DNA of 64,000 nucleotides, from NCBI RefSeq assembly GCF_037042905.1, contig NC_087252.1:8496001-8560000 (forward strand), given 5' to 3'. The first letter of the stretch is position 1. Each line of letters begins with the position of its first letter. Source of the stretch: Lytechinus pictus. Lineage: Eukaryota. The notes below the pieces were generated by a model. It saw only the letters and a program-made list of their open reading frames with translations, ran no database searches and was not told the origin of the DNA. Both the position numbers and the translations under genes were made by a program. Shown one piece after another: positions 10,534-22,130 of the stretch.

Positions 10534-12975
10534 CAGTGTTGTAGTCAAGGCTCAATCCTCCAAGGCCAAGGACAAGGCCAATGCTTTAATACCCAATGCC
10601 AAGGCTTCAATACTCAAGGCCGAGGCCAAGGCATGCAAACCCAAGGCCAAGGCCAAGGCATGAAAACCTCAAGGCCAATGCCAAGGCATTTCAAACTTTC
10701 AATACATGTATATGGAACAATGAGACAACAATGCTTAGGCGGCGGACATGACACACAGGGCAAAATGTATTAAAGGTGTGAGCGAGCGAAAATTTTGACC
10801 CTTGTACATGTAAAACAAAAATAATTTCATGATAGATTTAGACATTATTAAAATAATAATGTAGTTACCTTTGTACATTTAATACATTATTTTTCTAGGT
10901 GATTTACATTGCAATTATCATTACCACGGTCATCTGATCCTGGCATGCCCATTATCAACGTATGTCTTTCTCCACTCCCTGGGACAGGGGAGGCAGAACG
11001 GTTTTTTTTTTTTTGGGGGGTGTCAAAGCCTAAAAATACATTTACAAGTCAAAATTAAAGCCTTTTTAAAGTTATTTCTAATTGATAAGACAGATATTTT
11101 GATTTAGGCTTTACTTTTCTGCCAGAAAGCGTAGCGAGCGAGCGGTTTTGAAAAAAAAAATCTGAAGTTGTAAAACTCGATTTTCGGTCAATTATGGCGC
11201 TAATCACTGTTAAAAGGGCATCTTTGCGAGACGTTGCCAGCACGAACCGCAAGCTCAGACTTCTGGACATTTCGTGTAATGAGAAATGAAAATTAAATAT
11301 TCCAAGCTGTTTTTGTAATCATGAAACAGTACATCTTACTAAAGAATTAATGCGAACGCGAAGCACGAGCTAAAATTTTACTGACCAGAAAAGGAAGCTG
11401 TTCTGGACTGCATTTAGTGACTCATAAATAAGATACATTAAACTCACCAATCAAATAATGTGAGCGCAAAGCGCGAGCTCAAAAATTTGTGATATTCTAA
11501 CCTGATAACTGGACATTCTACGCATTTTTTTTGTAAATGGGAACAGAATGAGTACCTTACTTAACAATAATTTATGCGAGCGCGATCCAAAATTTTGTGA
11601 TTTTTTAATCTAAAATGTATTATGTTTTACTATAAAAAATGTATTTCTTTTTAAAAAAAGGACACATTTGATTTGGAAAAAAGGGCATTTTTGATTTCGG
11701 AAAACGGGCATTTTTTCCTACAGGAAATTTGTCAGGGGGGGGGGGGGATAAGAGAGCACAAAACGCAAGTTGAAATTTTCAAATGCTGACCTGAAAATGA
11801 GTCATTTTTAGGACTCTTGTCAGTCCTCATGTTTTTTTTTTCTGCTTACAACCAATATTAAATTTCAATTCTCTTTTCTTGTATCTTCTATTAATTTACC
11901 TCAAAAACTTGAATAAAGAATACTCAAAATAAAGTTATATTCAAAAGGATATAAAATAAACGGGGCACACCCCACACCATTAATTGGTGGAGGTTAAATC
12001 TTAATTATTTCTTAAAACAATAAAATAGAGTTTTCTATGAAACCACACTGACACAAAAACAAATATTTTGTTTCCTTGAAACTGTAGTGAAATGAAATTC
12101 ACCGTCGAACCATATGATTAAAAACAAGTAATCTTTTTTTTTTACTCTGTTTTGTCAATCTGAGACACTATACCCCCCCAAAAAAAAAATTAGATGTACT
12201 GCCTATCAACATATTAACTGATTTAGCAGTATATTCTGCCAAACTAGCCTCCCCCTTCTCTCTGTCTCTCTTCCCATTCCTCTGTCTTGCATGTTGTGTT
12301 CAAGTTTACCAAATCTTTTCAGAATATCATTAAGACTTAAAACATTCTTGTTGGTTAAAGATAATACAAGGAAAATCCTAATGGAATAGAAATCAACCTT
12401 GTTATCATTCTTTGGAGTTACATGTAGCTATTCTGAAAGTATGAAATTGTTGTCAAAATTACAGTCAGATCTGTCAGAATTATTCCTGTCATAAAATCAC
12501 TATAATCTTCATCATTATCATTATTATTGATTGTGCCATTATCATCATTTTTAAACAACATATTACCAATAAATAATGTTATTTTTCATCACTTCTGTTT
12601 TCTTTGTTACTTAAGTATGTGATGATAATTTTTGATAATTAAAATTGATGGCACTGCTAAGTACACTTACTACTGCTGCTGCTACTGCTACTGCTGACTG
12701 GTAGTATTGACCATTAGTGTCATTAGATATACAGAACAATTTAAACATTTGTAACTACTTATATAAAAACAAATGAAAGTACAAAATATAGAATGCCTTG
12801 AAAAAGCCTTGAAAAAGCCTTGAAAATGCCTTGAAATTTCAAGGCTCAAAATCCTCAAGGCCAAGGCCAAGGCCCTCTCAAGGCCAAGGCTTGAATGTTC
12901 AAGGCCAAGGCTTTGAAAAAGTAGGCCTTAATGCGCCTTAAGGCCAATGCCGAGCATCAAGGCACTACAACACTG
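10534..12975. mobile_element. 2.4-kb non-autonomous hAT element with subterminal CAAGGC arrays
   Basis: 12-bp perfect TIR CAGTGTTGTAGT/ACTACAACACTG. Perfect 8-bp TSD CCTTCCTC (10526-10533, 12976-12983). Many CAAGGC/GCCTTG hexamers near both ends. Empty sites in B (~38340) and C (~45805). No transposase ORF. Confidence 0.93.
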
Positions 12976-13597
12976 CCTTCCTCCAACCACAACAGCCAAC
13001 GTATGGGTCATGATAAGATAAATGTCTTTGGAATTTTGTTCCATGCATAATAGAACTTTACTCCGACTATATTGTATTGTATTCTCTTTTATTCATTCAA
13101 TCAAGGTTTATGAAATATGAGAAATAAAGACTAAAACGAGATAATATATAAAGTTATATCAAAATCAAACATAAATATGAACAAAAATGAGTTAATATAA
13201 TAGGATCCAATGCATGTGAACTAGGCTAAAGACTTGTTGGTTGTGCTTTGTCCTGAAGTACATTTGACAATACGTATTATTTCTTTTTGAATTCGTCATA
13301 CGCTCCCTTTTCTCCATTGTTTGACAATAATAGTTGACAGTTTGTTGTGAGGCGGCTAACTATGACTACCGCAGATGTTATTATGTCTATACACTACATG
13401 TATGTTGAAGAGAAAAATCTTCTCCTCACCTTTTTCTTGTTTTCTTTCGGGTCGGGCCGGCCGTCAAAAGGCTGTAAATTACACATCATTGTTAAAATAC
13501 CTCTTTCTTACTTTTCTTTCTCTTTTATCGTTTCTATCAGGTTAAAGAGTGCACTTTTTTTTTCTGCAGGTTGCCAATAGATAATATAGATACATTA

Positions 13598-16500
13598 GAG
13601 CGCCTCACAGGCAGCACTTGTATTTTGCTCTGCAAGTTTTGGTTTATTTGTGTGTTTATCTCTATCTCTATTGTTTATAAATTATGACATCCTGTTTATT
13701 ATATATCACTGATCTTACAGGACCACTTTGGTAAGGTTTTGTGCTCTAGAATCGATGTATTTGATAGATATTTAGGGTTTGTAGGTCTAGTTTGGTTTAA
13801 TTTACTATGCCCATGGCTTCCATGTATGCATTGTACACATGTTCTATTGAGAAGCCTTTGGCTTATACCAGAACACTTTTATTGTATATATCCCTGTTAA
13901 TCTTGTTTCTTTGTTATACATGGTCAAGTAAACCTATTCATCCATTGTTCTCAGTGGATACTAACATAATGGGTCTTACTCGATCTCAAATTCTTGAATT
14001 GAACTGTGATTTTAAGCTGCCTTATGATGTATGGTCACATATCAAGGAATTGGGAATACACAGGAAGCCTATTACTAGGCGTGGAACAAGGGCTGGTAGG
14101 AGGAAGGACAAGAACAAGGCTGAGCATCGTTCAGAGAGAGCCGCCGGAAATCATCGAGGTAATACGAGTAGGTGTGGATCTGTGAAAGCATGCCTTTGGA
14201 ATAGTCAGTCAGTTCGCAACAAGAGTGTTCTACTGTGCGACTTGATCATCGACAATGACTTTGACATCGCCTTCCTAACAGAGACTTGGCTTCAACAGGA
14301 TAACCGGGTCATCTTAGGTGAGATTTGTCCACCTGGCTTCTCCGTTCTTAGTGTTCCTCGAAAAACTTCTTGTCGTGGTGGAGGTATCGCTGCAGTGTAT
14401 GACAGCAATGTAAAGCTGCAGGATTGTTCTGATGCCCTCCCTGAAGTAAGCTCTTTTGAGTTTGCTCTATTCAGAAACCCACAAGTCAATTTTCTTGTTA
14501 TCTACAGGCCTCCTTCTGGATCTCTGCCATCATCAACATTTTTTGAAGAATTCGAGGAAGTACTCAGCTGTGCAGATCTGCTACCGAACAGACTTGTGGT
14601 CATGGGAGATTTTAACTTTCACATGGACTGTCCAAGCAAGCCTGAGGTCAGAAACTTCAACTTGTTGCTTACCTCACTTAACTTCAAGCAGCTAGTTCAA
14701 GGATCCACTCATCGTTTTGGACATACCCTTGACCTCCTCATCGTTAAGGACAGTGACACTATCATCCAGACATGCTTCGTTGATCAGATCATCCACTCTG
14801 ATCACTCTATGATAACGTTTGATCTTGATCTAAAGAAGCCAGTTACTTCTAGTGACGTTCGTGTTCTCAGAAAGTTTAAGTCCATAGATCATGATCTGTT
14901 CTCCAAGGATCTTTCTAAAAGGATGAACTCAATCATGGAATGTGATAGTAGTGACATAGATGATCTTGTGCTACAGTACAACAAAGCTTGTCGTGAAGTC
15001 CTGGACACCCATGCCCCTGCATCAACAAGGTCAATGTCTGTTCGGGTGAAGCCTAGCTGGTACACCAATGAAGTGAATGAAGCCCGACGTACCAGACGAC
15101 GTGCTGAGAGACGCTGGCGCAAAGCAAAGTCAGATGCTAATTACAGACTTTATATTGAGGCCCAGCAGAATGTAGTCGATGTTGTTGTTTCCGCTAAGAA
15201 AGACTATTATCGTAACAAGCTTTCTTCGTGTAATACTAAGGACATGTATAAGACTGTCAACGAATTGCTCAATGCCAGTAGTAATGTCCTTCCTGTGTCT
15301 CCCAGCTCTTCAGATCTTGCTGAAAGTTTCTCAGATCATTTTGCCAGTAAAGTTTCTAAAATTAGGGATGATATAGAGGGCACTGTTTCAACTGATTGTA
15401 GTGTATCTAACGTATCTTCAAATGCATGTAAACTTGATTTAACTCTTGATAAATTTGATACTGTGAGTGAAAATGTCTTACAACGTATGATTTCTAAGTG
15501 TTCCTCAAAATCTTGCATTTTGGATCCCATGCCTACATGGCTGGTTAAGAAGCATTCGTCTGTTTTACTCCCAGTACTTACACGTATCCTGAATATGTCA
15601 ATGTCCACTGGTGTTTTCCCAGAGAGTCTTAGATCGTCCATTATAACACCGGTTTTCAAGAAGTCTACTCTGGACAAAGATAGTTTAGGTAGTTATAGAC
15701 TTGTTTCTAACATGCAATTTGTAGGCAAAGTGATTGAAAAGGCTGTTTCCAAACAGGTATCTACTTTTGTTACACAGAATAATTTACTGGATCCAATGCA
15801 GTCTGCATATCGTGAGGCACATAGCACTGAAACTACATTGGTTAGTCTACAGAATGATATGAATTGTGCAATTGACAATAAGCAAGCTGTTTTCTTATTA
15901 ATGCTTGACCTCTCATCTGCCTTTGATACGGTAGATCACAAAATCCTTTTGCAAAGGTTGGCTGATGACTTTGGCCTAGGTAATAATGCTCTTTCCTGGT
16001 TCAAGTCATATCTTAGTAACAGGTCTAGTCGAGTACACATAAAAGGGTCACTTTCAAGTGAGAAACCATCGGAATATGGTATACCGCAAGGGTCAATTAT
16101 CGGGCCTCAGTTGTTTACTTACTACATCGGTAATATTGGGAAGATCATCAGTCGGCACTCAATTCAGTATCATGTTTATGCCGATGACATTCAGATGTTC
16201 ACCACTTTTGATCCTACCAAGCCTGGAGATGCAGCCTGCGCGTATTTTCGGATTTCAAAATGTTTGTCTGACATTCAATCGTGGCTTGTTGACAATAAAT
16301 TGAAATTAAATTCTTGTAAAACAGAGTTCTTTGTTGCTGCATCTCCTGCACACCTTAATAGGTTCCTTGACTTTTCTTTTTCTTTTAATGACATAGATAT
16401 TCCATTATCTTCAACCATTAAGGATTTAGGAGTTGTTTTTGATAGTGAAATGAAAATGACCGAACATGTAACATACTTGTGTCGCACTCTCAACTGGCAA

Positions 16501-17105
16501 ATATATAATCTCAATCGCATTAGAAGTTTCCTGGATAAGGACACGTGTCATAATGTTGTTAGGGCTCTTGTGCTCTCCAGGCTCGACTATGGTGGTTGCT
16601 TGCTTGGGGGTATAAGTAAACAGGATCTTGGAAGACTTCAACGCCTTCAGAACAAATGTGCACGATTAATCTGTCAAAAACCTAAATGGTGTCATGCTAC
16701 CCCTCTTCTAAATGAACTACATTGGCTACCTGTTTCTGATAGAATACACTATCGAATACTTGTTCAAACCTATAAATCTCTGTCAACCACACTACCTTCT
16801 TACATTTCTTCGTTATTTCATCAACAAAGATCTACATACTCTCTTCGTTCTGCAGCTGCTCCTTCCTATGTCATTCCAAAATCCAGAAAACAGGCCGGTT
16901 TCAACTCCTTTCAATCTCTTGCCCCCCGTCTGTGGAACAAACTCCCTCCATCTCTTCGAAACCTCTCTTCTCTTGACCTCTTCAAAAAACATCTCAAAAC
17001 ACACTTATATAACCATAAACCTTAACTTGTCTTATGCAACCAACAGCGCTTTGTATCCTCTGGAAAAAGCGCTATATAAATCCAATTATTATTATTATTA
17101 TTATT
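13598..17105 (+). mobile_element. L2-clade (CR1 group) LINE, ~3.5 kb, single ORF
   Basis: Long APE-RT ORF. Short 3' UTR with stem-loop AGCGCTTT...AAAGCGCT followed by ATATAAAT and a (TAT)n tail, typical of L2. 5' boundary approximate. Confidence 0.9.
13807..17025 (+). CDS. LINE ORF2: apurinic-type endonuclease + reverse transcriptase
   Basis: Uninterrupted 1072 aa. EN motifs: LWNSQS, LTETWL, GGGIA, IYRPP, MGDFN, GHTLDL, SDH. RT motifs: YRLVSNM, QSAYR, LDLSSAFDTVDH, GIPQGSIIGP, YADD, KDLGV. C-terminal LHWLP and LWNKLP. The real start may be Met at 13969. Confidence 0.97.
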   Translation: MPMASMYALYTCSIEKPLAYTRTLLLYISLLILFLCYTWSSKPIHPLFSVDTNIMGLTRSQILELNCDFKLPYDVWSHIKELGIHRKPITRRGTRAGRRKDKNKAEHRSERAAGNHRGNTSRCGSVKACLWNSQSVRNKSVLLCDLIIDNDFDIAFLTETWLQQDNRVILGEICPPGFSVLSVPRKTSCRGGGIAAVYDSNVKLQDCSDALPEVSSFEFALFRNPQVNFLVIYRPPSGSLPSSTFFEEFEEVLSCADLLPNRLVVMGDFNFHMDCPSKPEVRNFNLLLTSLNFKQLVQGSTHRFGHTLDLLIVKDSDTIIQTCFVDQIIHSDHSMITFDLDLKKPVTSSDVRVLRKFKSIDHDLFSKDLSKRMNSIMECDSSDIDDLVLQYNKACREVLDTHAPASTRSMSVRVKPSWYTNEVNEARRTRRRAERRWRKAKSDANYRLYIEAQQNVVDVVVSAKKDYYRNKLSSCNTKDMYKTVNELLNASSNVLPVSPSSSDLAESFSDHFASKVSKIRDDIEGTVSTDCSVSNVSSNACKLDLTLDKFDTVSENVLQRMISKCSSKSCILDPMPTWLVKKHSSVLLPVLTRILNMSMSTGVFPESLRSSIITPVFKKSTLDKDSLGSYRLVSNMQFVGKVIEKAVSKQVSTFVTQNNLLDPMQSAYREAHSTETTLVSLQNDMNCAIDNKQAVFLLMLDLSSAFDTVDHKILLQRLADDFGLGNNALSWFKSYLSNRSSRVHIKGSLSSEKPSEYGIPQGSIIGPQLFTYYIGNIGKIISRHSIQYHVYADDIQMFTTFDPTKPGDAACAYFRISKCLSDIQSWLVDNKLKLNSCKTEFFVAASPAHLNRFLDFSFSFNDIDIPLSSTIKDLGVVFDSEMKMTEHVTYLCRTLNWQIYNLNRIRSFLDKDTCHNVVRALVLSRLDYGGCLLGGISKQDLGRLQRLQNKCARLICQKPKWCHATPLLNELHWLPVSDRIHYRILVQTYKSLSTTLPSYISSLFHQQRSTYSLRSAAAPSYVIPKSRKQAGFNSFQSLAPRLWNKLPPSLRNLSSLDLFKKHLKTHLYNHKP

Positions 17106-17686
17106 AAAAGGGGGGGGGGGCGGGGCCGGCTCGGCTTCCTCCTGGATCCGCGCCTGCACACGCACGCAATGTTATCATCCTAATTCCGCATATCGCTATC
17201 TTTCCTATTATTTCAAAGATGTTTATTTTTCTCATTGAGGATTCATTCAGACACAACTACTCATGATACATATTTGTATGAGAAAGAAATACTCGTGCTT
17301 AATTCACTCAAAGAAGAAACTTAAATAGACTAGTAATGACAAAAAGTAGAAAAAAAACGGGAAAAAATAAAGGTAGGGAGAAAGGAGGAAAGGGAAAGGG
17401 TAAGTGAAAAGTGAAAAGAAAACGATGATTTTTTTAAATGGAAAAGGAAAAAAAGTGGGAAAAGGTACGAGAGAAGAACATTTGAGAAAGAACAATTCAT
17501 TCCGAAATAGGCCTATGTAATACAATAGCACGGTGGGAAATAAATTAAAAGATGACGAATGGCAAACAATAGGGGGAAACGAAGGTAGAATGTAATAAGT
17601 CAAAAGCTAATTTGGAAAACAAAGAAAAGGGACAAGAAAAAAAAAATAACACGACCGGGCTGCATGCCGATGATTGAAATTAAAGA

Positions 17687-19995
17687 GCGGGAAGAAAGAT
17701 GGACTGCATACAACATTGTGCTATAAGCTTGCTAAACTTTATGCAAATAAGCTACCGGGGCTTTGCCCCAGACCGCACGCAGTAGGGGCTCTTCATTTAT
17801 AACCTTCAAATGGCTCTATAACGCCCCCCCCCCCCCCGTTCAGTCACTGGCATACAGGCGCGGAGGGGTGGGGGGAGGGTCTTGGTTCCACACCCAAGAG
17901 GAAATAAAAGAAAATATAGGAGACAACGTATAATGAAATGAATGGAAACAATGAAATGTGTTATTTGCTGAATATAATGGAAAAATCTACCACATGATTA
18001 GAATTTAATTTCAATAGGCAATTTTTTTTTGCCAAGCTCGCTCCGCACGCCGGCGACTTTTTATAAAATTTTCCCACATGGCTATGTTTTGCCCCCTCAA
18101 AATACTTGGTTCATTTATACGCTACTGGGTTGAATGAATGTTTTGTGTAAAAGCTATATTCTGTATATGCCCGCGATTTGATAAAAATAGCGGCAATCTG
18201 CGAGGTTTAAATGGCTTTGATATCAAGAAGTTCTGGGGGCTATGCCCCAGACCCCAACCGCACAGCACTGTGTATGGAAGGGTTGAACCATGGCCCCAAA
18301 AAGTTTTACAGACAAGAACAAAAAAGGAGGAAAGAAAGGCAAAGGAAAAGTGTAGGATATGATTTTATTTACTGAATATAATGTCAAAAATAGCTCAAAG
18401 TTAGATTCTCATGAAAAGGTGATTTTTTTCTCGCTCGCTTCGCTCGATCGTGTCTTATATAAAGCAGCTTTTTAGCACATGTGCTATACTGCGCCCCTCG
18501 TTTTTTTTACTCATCACGCTACTGCCGCAAAGAATCCTGTTCACAGTGGCTTACAGACCACAAAAAGGAATCTAAAGAGAGAGGAGTAAAGTATATTATT
18601 CTCTGGATATCGTGTCCAAATCTATCACAAAATTGGATTTTTGTATTAAAAATATCAAAATTTCTGCCCGATACGCAATATCTGGCCTCAAAACATTCGC
18701 CTTATTACACCATTACGCCTGTTCATACCAAAATATGACCGGGAAATTTTTGGCTCTTGCCCCCCCCCCCCCCTGGCCACCGACCCCTGTTACGCCGCTG
18801 GCGGGAAGAAAGATGAACTGCATACAAGATTGTGCTATACGCTTGCTAAATTTTACGCAAATAAGCTAACGGGGCTTTGCCCTGGACCCCACGTAGTAGG
18901 GGCTCTTTATCTATAACCATCAAATGGCTCTATAACGCCCCCGTTCAATCACTGGCATACAGGCGGGGGGGGGGGGGGGGTGGGGTCTTGGTTCCACACC
19001 CAAGAGCAAATAAAATAAATTATAGGAGACAACGTAAAATTAAATGAATGGAAACAATGAAATGTGTTTTTTGCTGAATAAAATGGAAACATATTTCAAT
19101 CGGCATTTTTTTTACAGGTCGCTTTGCGCGCTGGCGACTTTAAACAAATTTAATTCTATTCAATTTACTTTATTCCCATCCATTTAAAAAGTACAATAAA
19201 CAATATTATAAGAACAATAAAAAACCAACATGCAGTGGATGTAGGAAGTAAATTTTCCCACATTGCTATGTTTTCCCCCCTCAAATGGGTTGAATAAATG
19301 TGTTGTGTAAAAGCTATATTCTGTATATACCAGCGATTTGATTAAAAAAGAGGCAATCTGCGAGGTTTAAATGGCTTCGATATCAAGAAGTTCCGGGGCT
19401 CGGCACCGGACCCCACCCGCAAAGCACTGCCGTATATGAGTATGGAAGGGTTGGGCCATTGGCCACCAAAACTTCTACAAACAAGAACAAAAAAAGGAGG
19501 AAAGAAAAGCAAACGAAAAGTGTAGGATATCATTTTATTTTATCAATATAATTTCAAATATATCTCAAAGCTAGATTCTCATGAAAAAGTTATTTTGTTC
19601 TCGCTCGCTTCGCTCGCTCGGGACTTATATTTAGCCGCTTTTTATCGCATGTGTCATTCTGCGCCCCTCGTTTTTTTTTAACTCTTCACGCTACTGTCGC
19701 AAAGAATCCTGTTCACAGTGGCGTACAGACCACAAAAAAAAAAGGAATGGAAAGAGAAAAGAGTGGAATATATTATTTTCTGGATATCATGTAAAAATCT
19801 ATCACAAAATTTGATTTTTGTATTAAGATATAAGATCAAAATTTTGGCTCGGTCGCAACTTTTTTTAAAAGATAAATTCTGCCCGATACGCAATATCTGG
19901 CCCTCTCAAAATAGTCGCCTCATTACACCATTACGCCCGTTCATACTATGATATGACCGGGAAATTTTTGGCTCTTGCCCCCCCCCCCCCCCACT
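17687..19995 (+). repeat. Tandem duplication of a ~1.1-kb repeat-derived unit (2 copies)
   Basis: Units start gcgggaagaaagatg at 17687 and 18801, and both end gggaaatttttggctcttg followed by a poly-C run. Confidence 0.9.
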
Positions 19996-20723
19996 CGCCA
20001 CATTCTCTCTTTATTGATTTTTGAACAGATGCTTGTCATTTACGGAGCATATACGCCACGTTGATAATTTGGGGAATTCCAATATGACGACACGGTCATG
20101 TGAACGCGGGTCAAATGTTCCGTGGTTTTCCCCGTAGAAATGATAGTTTTCTTCCAGACTACTGCTATTATTATAGGTTTTATACATTTCATATTTAAAA
20201 GTGTAGTATAGGCTGCAAATGATATGATTTGAAGAAAAAGGGCAAATCAGTCAAACAAAACACTGAAATTTCATCAGAATCGGACAGAATCATAAGTAAA
20301 AGAGTGCTGATATATGAAAACTTATTTCATATTTCGGTCAAACCGTTCTCTATGCATGTCTTCATGAATATGCAATGAGCAAGCTGATCATACCCCACCT
20401 ATTTTTTTGTATCATATTACATGAAATTATATTTAGTCATTTTTCCACCAAGAATTAAAACAATGACAACTCTACTAATCGTTTAGATATTCATTGCTGC
20501 AACTTATATCAGTCATAAGGAATACACATCACACACACATGTATGAAAATATGAGAAAATTTACGATTTTATGTAATAAATGTTGTTGAAAATAATTGAC
20601 CTTCGGAAAATTCCCTCATGAAACGCACCCTTTCTATTGCTTGAAGAGAACGTTCTTTTAAACATTTCGTTTAATGAGTAAAACATTTTGTTGATAGTAT
20701 TGATCCAATACTTGCACTACAAC

Positions 20724-20977
20724 CAGTAGCGTACACGGAGGGGGGGGGGGGGATACAGGGGTTCGACCCCCTGAATTTATTTTTTGAACCCTTTTTGTAC
20801 GCAGGGAGGTGGTTACATTGGTTTACCCACCTAATTTTTTTTTCGAAACCATTTGTTTGTCAAATTTGTCTGGTGCGAAAACTTCCTTCAATTTTTGTTG
20901 AAAACACTTTTTACTTTGCTTTTCAACTTTTCGTTCAGCTTGAAACGCCCCTTTTAAAAATCCTGCGTATACTACCG
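20724..20977. mobile_element. 254-bp hAT-type MITE
   Basis: CAGTAGCGTACAC ... GCGTATACTACCG (degenerate TIR). Perfect 8-bp TSD ACTACAAC (20716-20723, 20978-20985). Single ACTACAAC in copy A (1783-1790). Confidence 0.85.
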
Positions 20978-21294
20978 ACTACAACAACCTTATTGGGGAC
21001 ATCCCGATAGTCCGCGGGTCCGATAGTCCGCGGGTCCGATAGACCGCGGGTCCGATAGACCGCGGGTCCGATAGTCCGCGGGTCCGATAGACCGCGGGTC
21101 CGATAGTCCGCGGGTCCGATAGACCGCGGGTCCGATAGTCCGCGGGTCCGATAGTCCGCAGTGTGTGTAAAATTATGATCAGATATATCAAATGTCATCG
21201 AGAGGTCCAAAGGCCAAATGATACGAGGCCATGGGGTTCTATCAGGTGCGGATCTATGGGGGGCCGAGGGGGAACTGCCTCACCCCCCACCCCC

Positions 21295-21630
21295 AGCTCA
21301 AAAAAAAGGGGGAAGAGGGGAAAAGGGAGAGAATGAAAAGAGAGAGAGGAAGATGGGAAAAGAAGAGAATAGACAAGAGAGTAAGAGGGAGAAAGGAAGA
21401 GAAGAAAAAAAAGAGAAGAAAAAGGGGGAAAGGAAAGACAAAGAAAAGGGGAGCAGAAAAGGGGGAAAGAAGAGAAAAAAAAAGAGAGGAGGGAAAAGGA
21501 AGAGAAGAAAAGAAAGGAGAAAGGAAAAGGAGGAAAAAGAAGAAGAAAAAAAGAGGAAGAAAAAGAAGAATATTTAAATAGAGAGGAAGATGGGAAGAAA
21601 AATAAGAAAAAAGAGAGAGAGAGAGAGGAA
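21295..21630. repeat. Purine-rich (G/A) low-complexity tract
   Basis: Almost exclusively A/G. It produces the spurious K/E/R-rich ORFs at 21218-21581. Confidence 0.95.
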
Positions 21631-22054
21631 GTTTTTTGCTCTTAGAATTGTTTATTCCTCTTAAGATTGGTCTTGTTATATAGATAAAAGTTTGAATTTA
21701 CTGAACAGTGAAAAAAAGTGCACATTTAACGTATTTTGGTAACCGATATTTAGCTTAGAATTTTTTTTTTCTTCAAGAAATATATGTGAATAAACAAAGC
21801 ATATTTTCACGTAGATATCACACTTGCGTCACATTAATGTTATAATCAATATAAAGCATAGACATTCTTCTTTATGACTGAATAAAAATTATGAAATTTC
21901 ATTAAGTAGCAAAGTCAGGAACCACAAAAAAAACACGGCAATATCCATCGCGAAATGACTGAAATTGCAGTTGAATTGCCGAAGCATTATTAGGAAACAG
22001 CGGCGAGCGGACTTTCTTTCATATATTTAAAAAATGACATCACGTTAGGTCGAT

Positions 22055-22130
22055 GGTCTGTGGCCAAATGCGTTGGCCATTGTTTTGTCATGTGCGAGGA
22101 CCCTGGTTCGAAACTCGGTTTTTTTTTTCT
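22055..22130 (+). pseudogene. tRNA-like (Pol III A/B box) degenerate sequence, possible SINE head
   Basis: A-box-like TGGCCAAATGCG (22061), B-box-like GGTTCGAAAC (22105-22114), then a long T-run. No intact acceptor stem. Confidence 0.4.

Larger units (their letters stand above)
1060..13418 (+). repeat. Segmental duplication copy A (paralogous to ~17265-38945)
   Basis: Collinear shared blocks: 1200-1350/20015-20165, 1640-1790/20570-20723, 2455-2688/29085-29310, 3760-4070/29310-29600, 5030-5330/30645-30907 plus 32692-32750, 8600-9140/37545-38075, 10310-10530/38140-38345, 12985-13418/38350-38943. Confidence 0.9.
13419..17156 (-). mobile_element. One end of the 2689-3753 family TIR element (reverse orientation), interrupted by the L2 LINE
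   Basis: 13420-13575 is a diverged reverse complement of ~2745-2895. 17106-17156 (ending CCTGGATCCGCGCCTG) is the reverse complement of ~2689-2740. Confidence 0.8.

Noticed and set aside
10489..10773. QG-repeat protein ORF
   Set aside because: Arises from CAAGGC subterminal repeats of the hAT element and crosses its insertion boundary.
14292..17107. Short overlapping and antisense ORFs within the L2
   Set aside because: Shadow frames of the long ORF2 with no recognisable motifs.
21004..21160. CRISPR array or repeat protein (ORFs 20935-21210 and 20979-21191)
   Set aside because: Head-to-tail 16-mers with no spacers. The periodic peptide is a by-product of the repeat.
21218..21581. Lys/Glu/Arg-rich ORFs
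   Set aside because: Purine-only low-complexity tract that lacks stop codons by composition.
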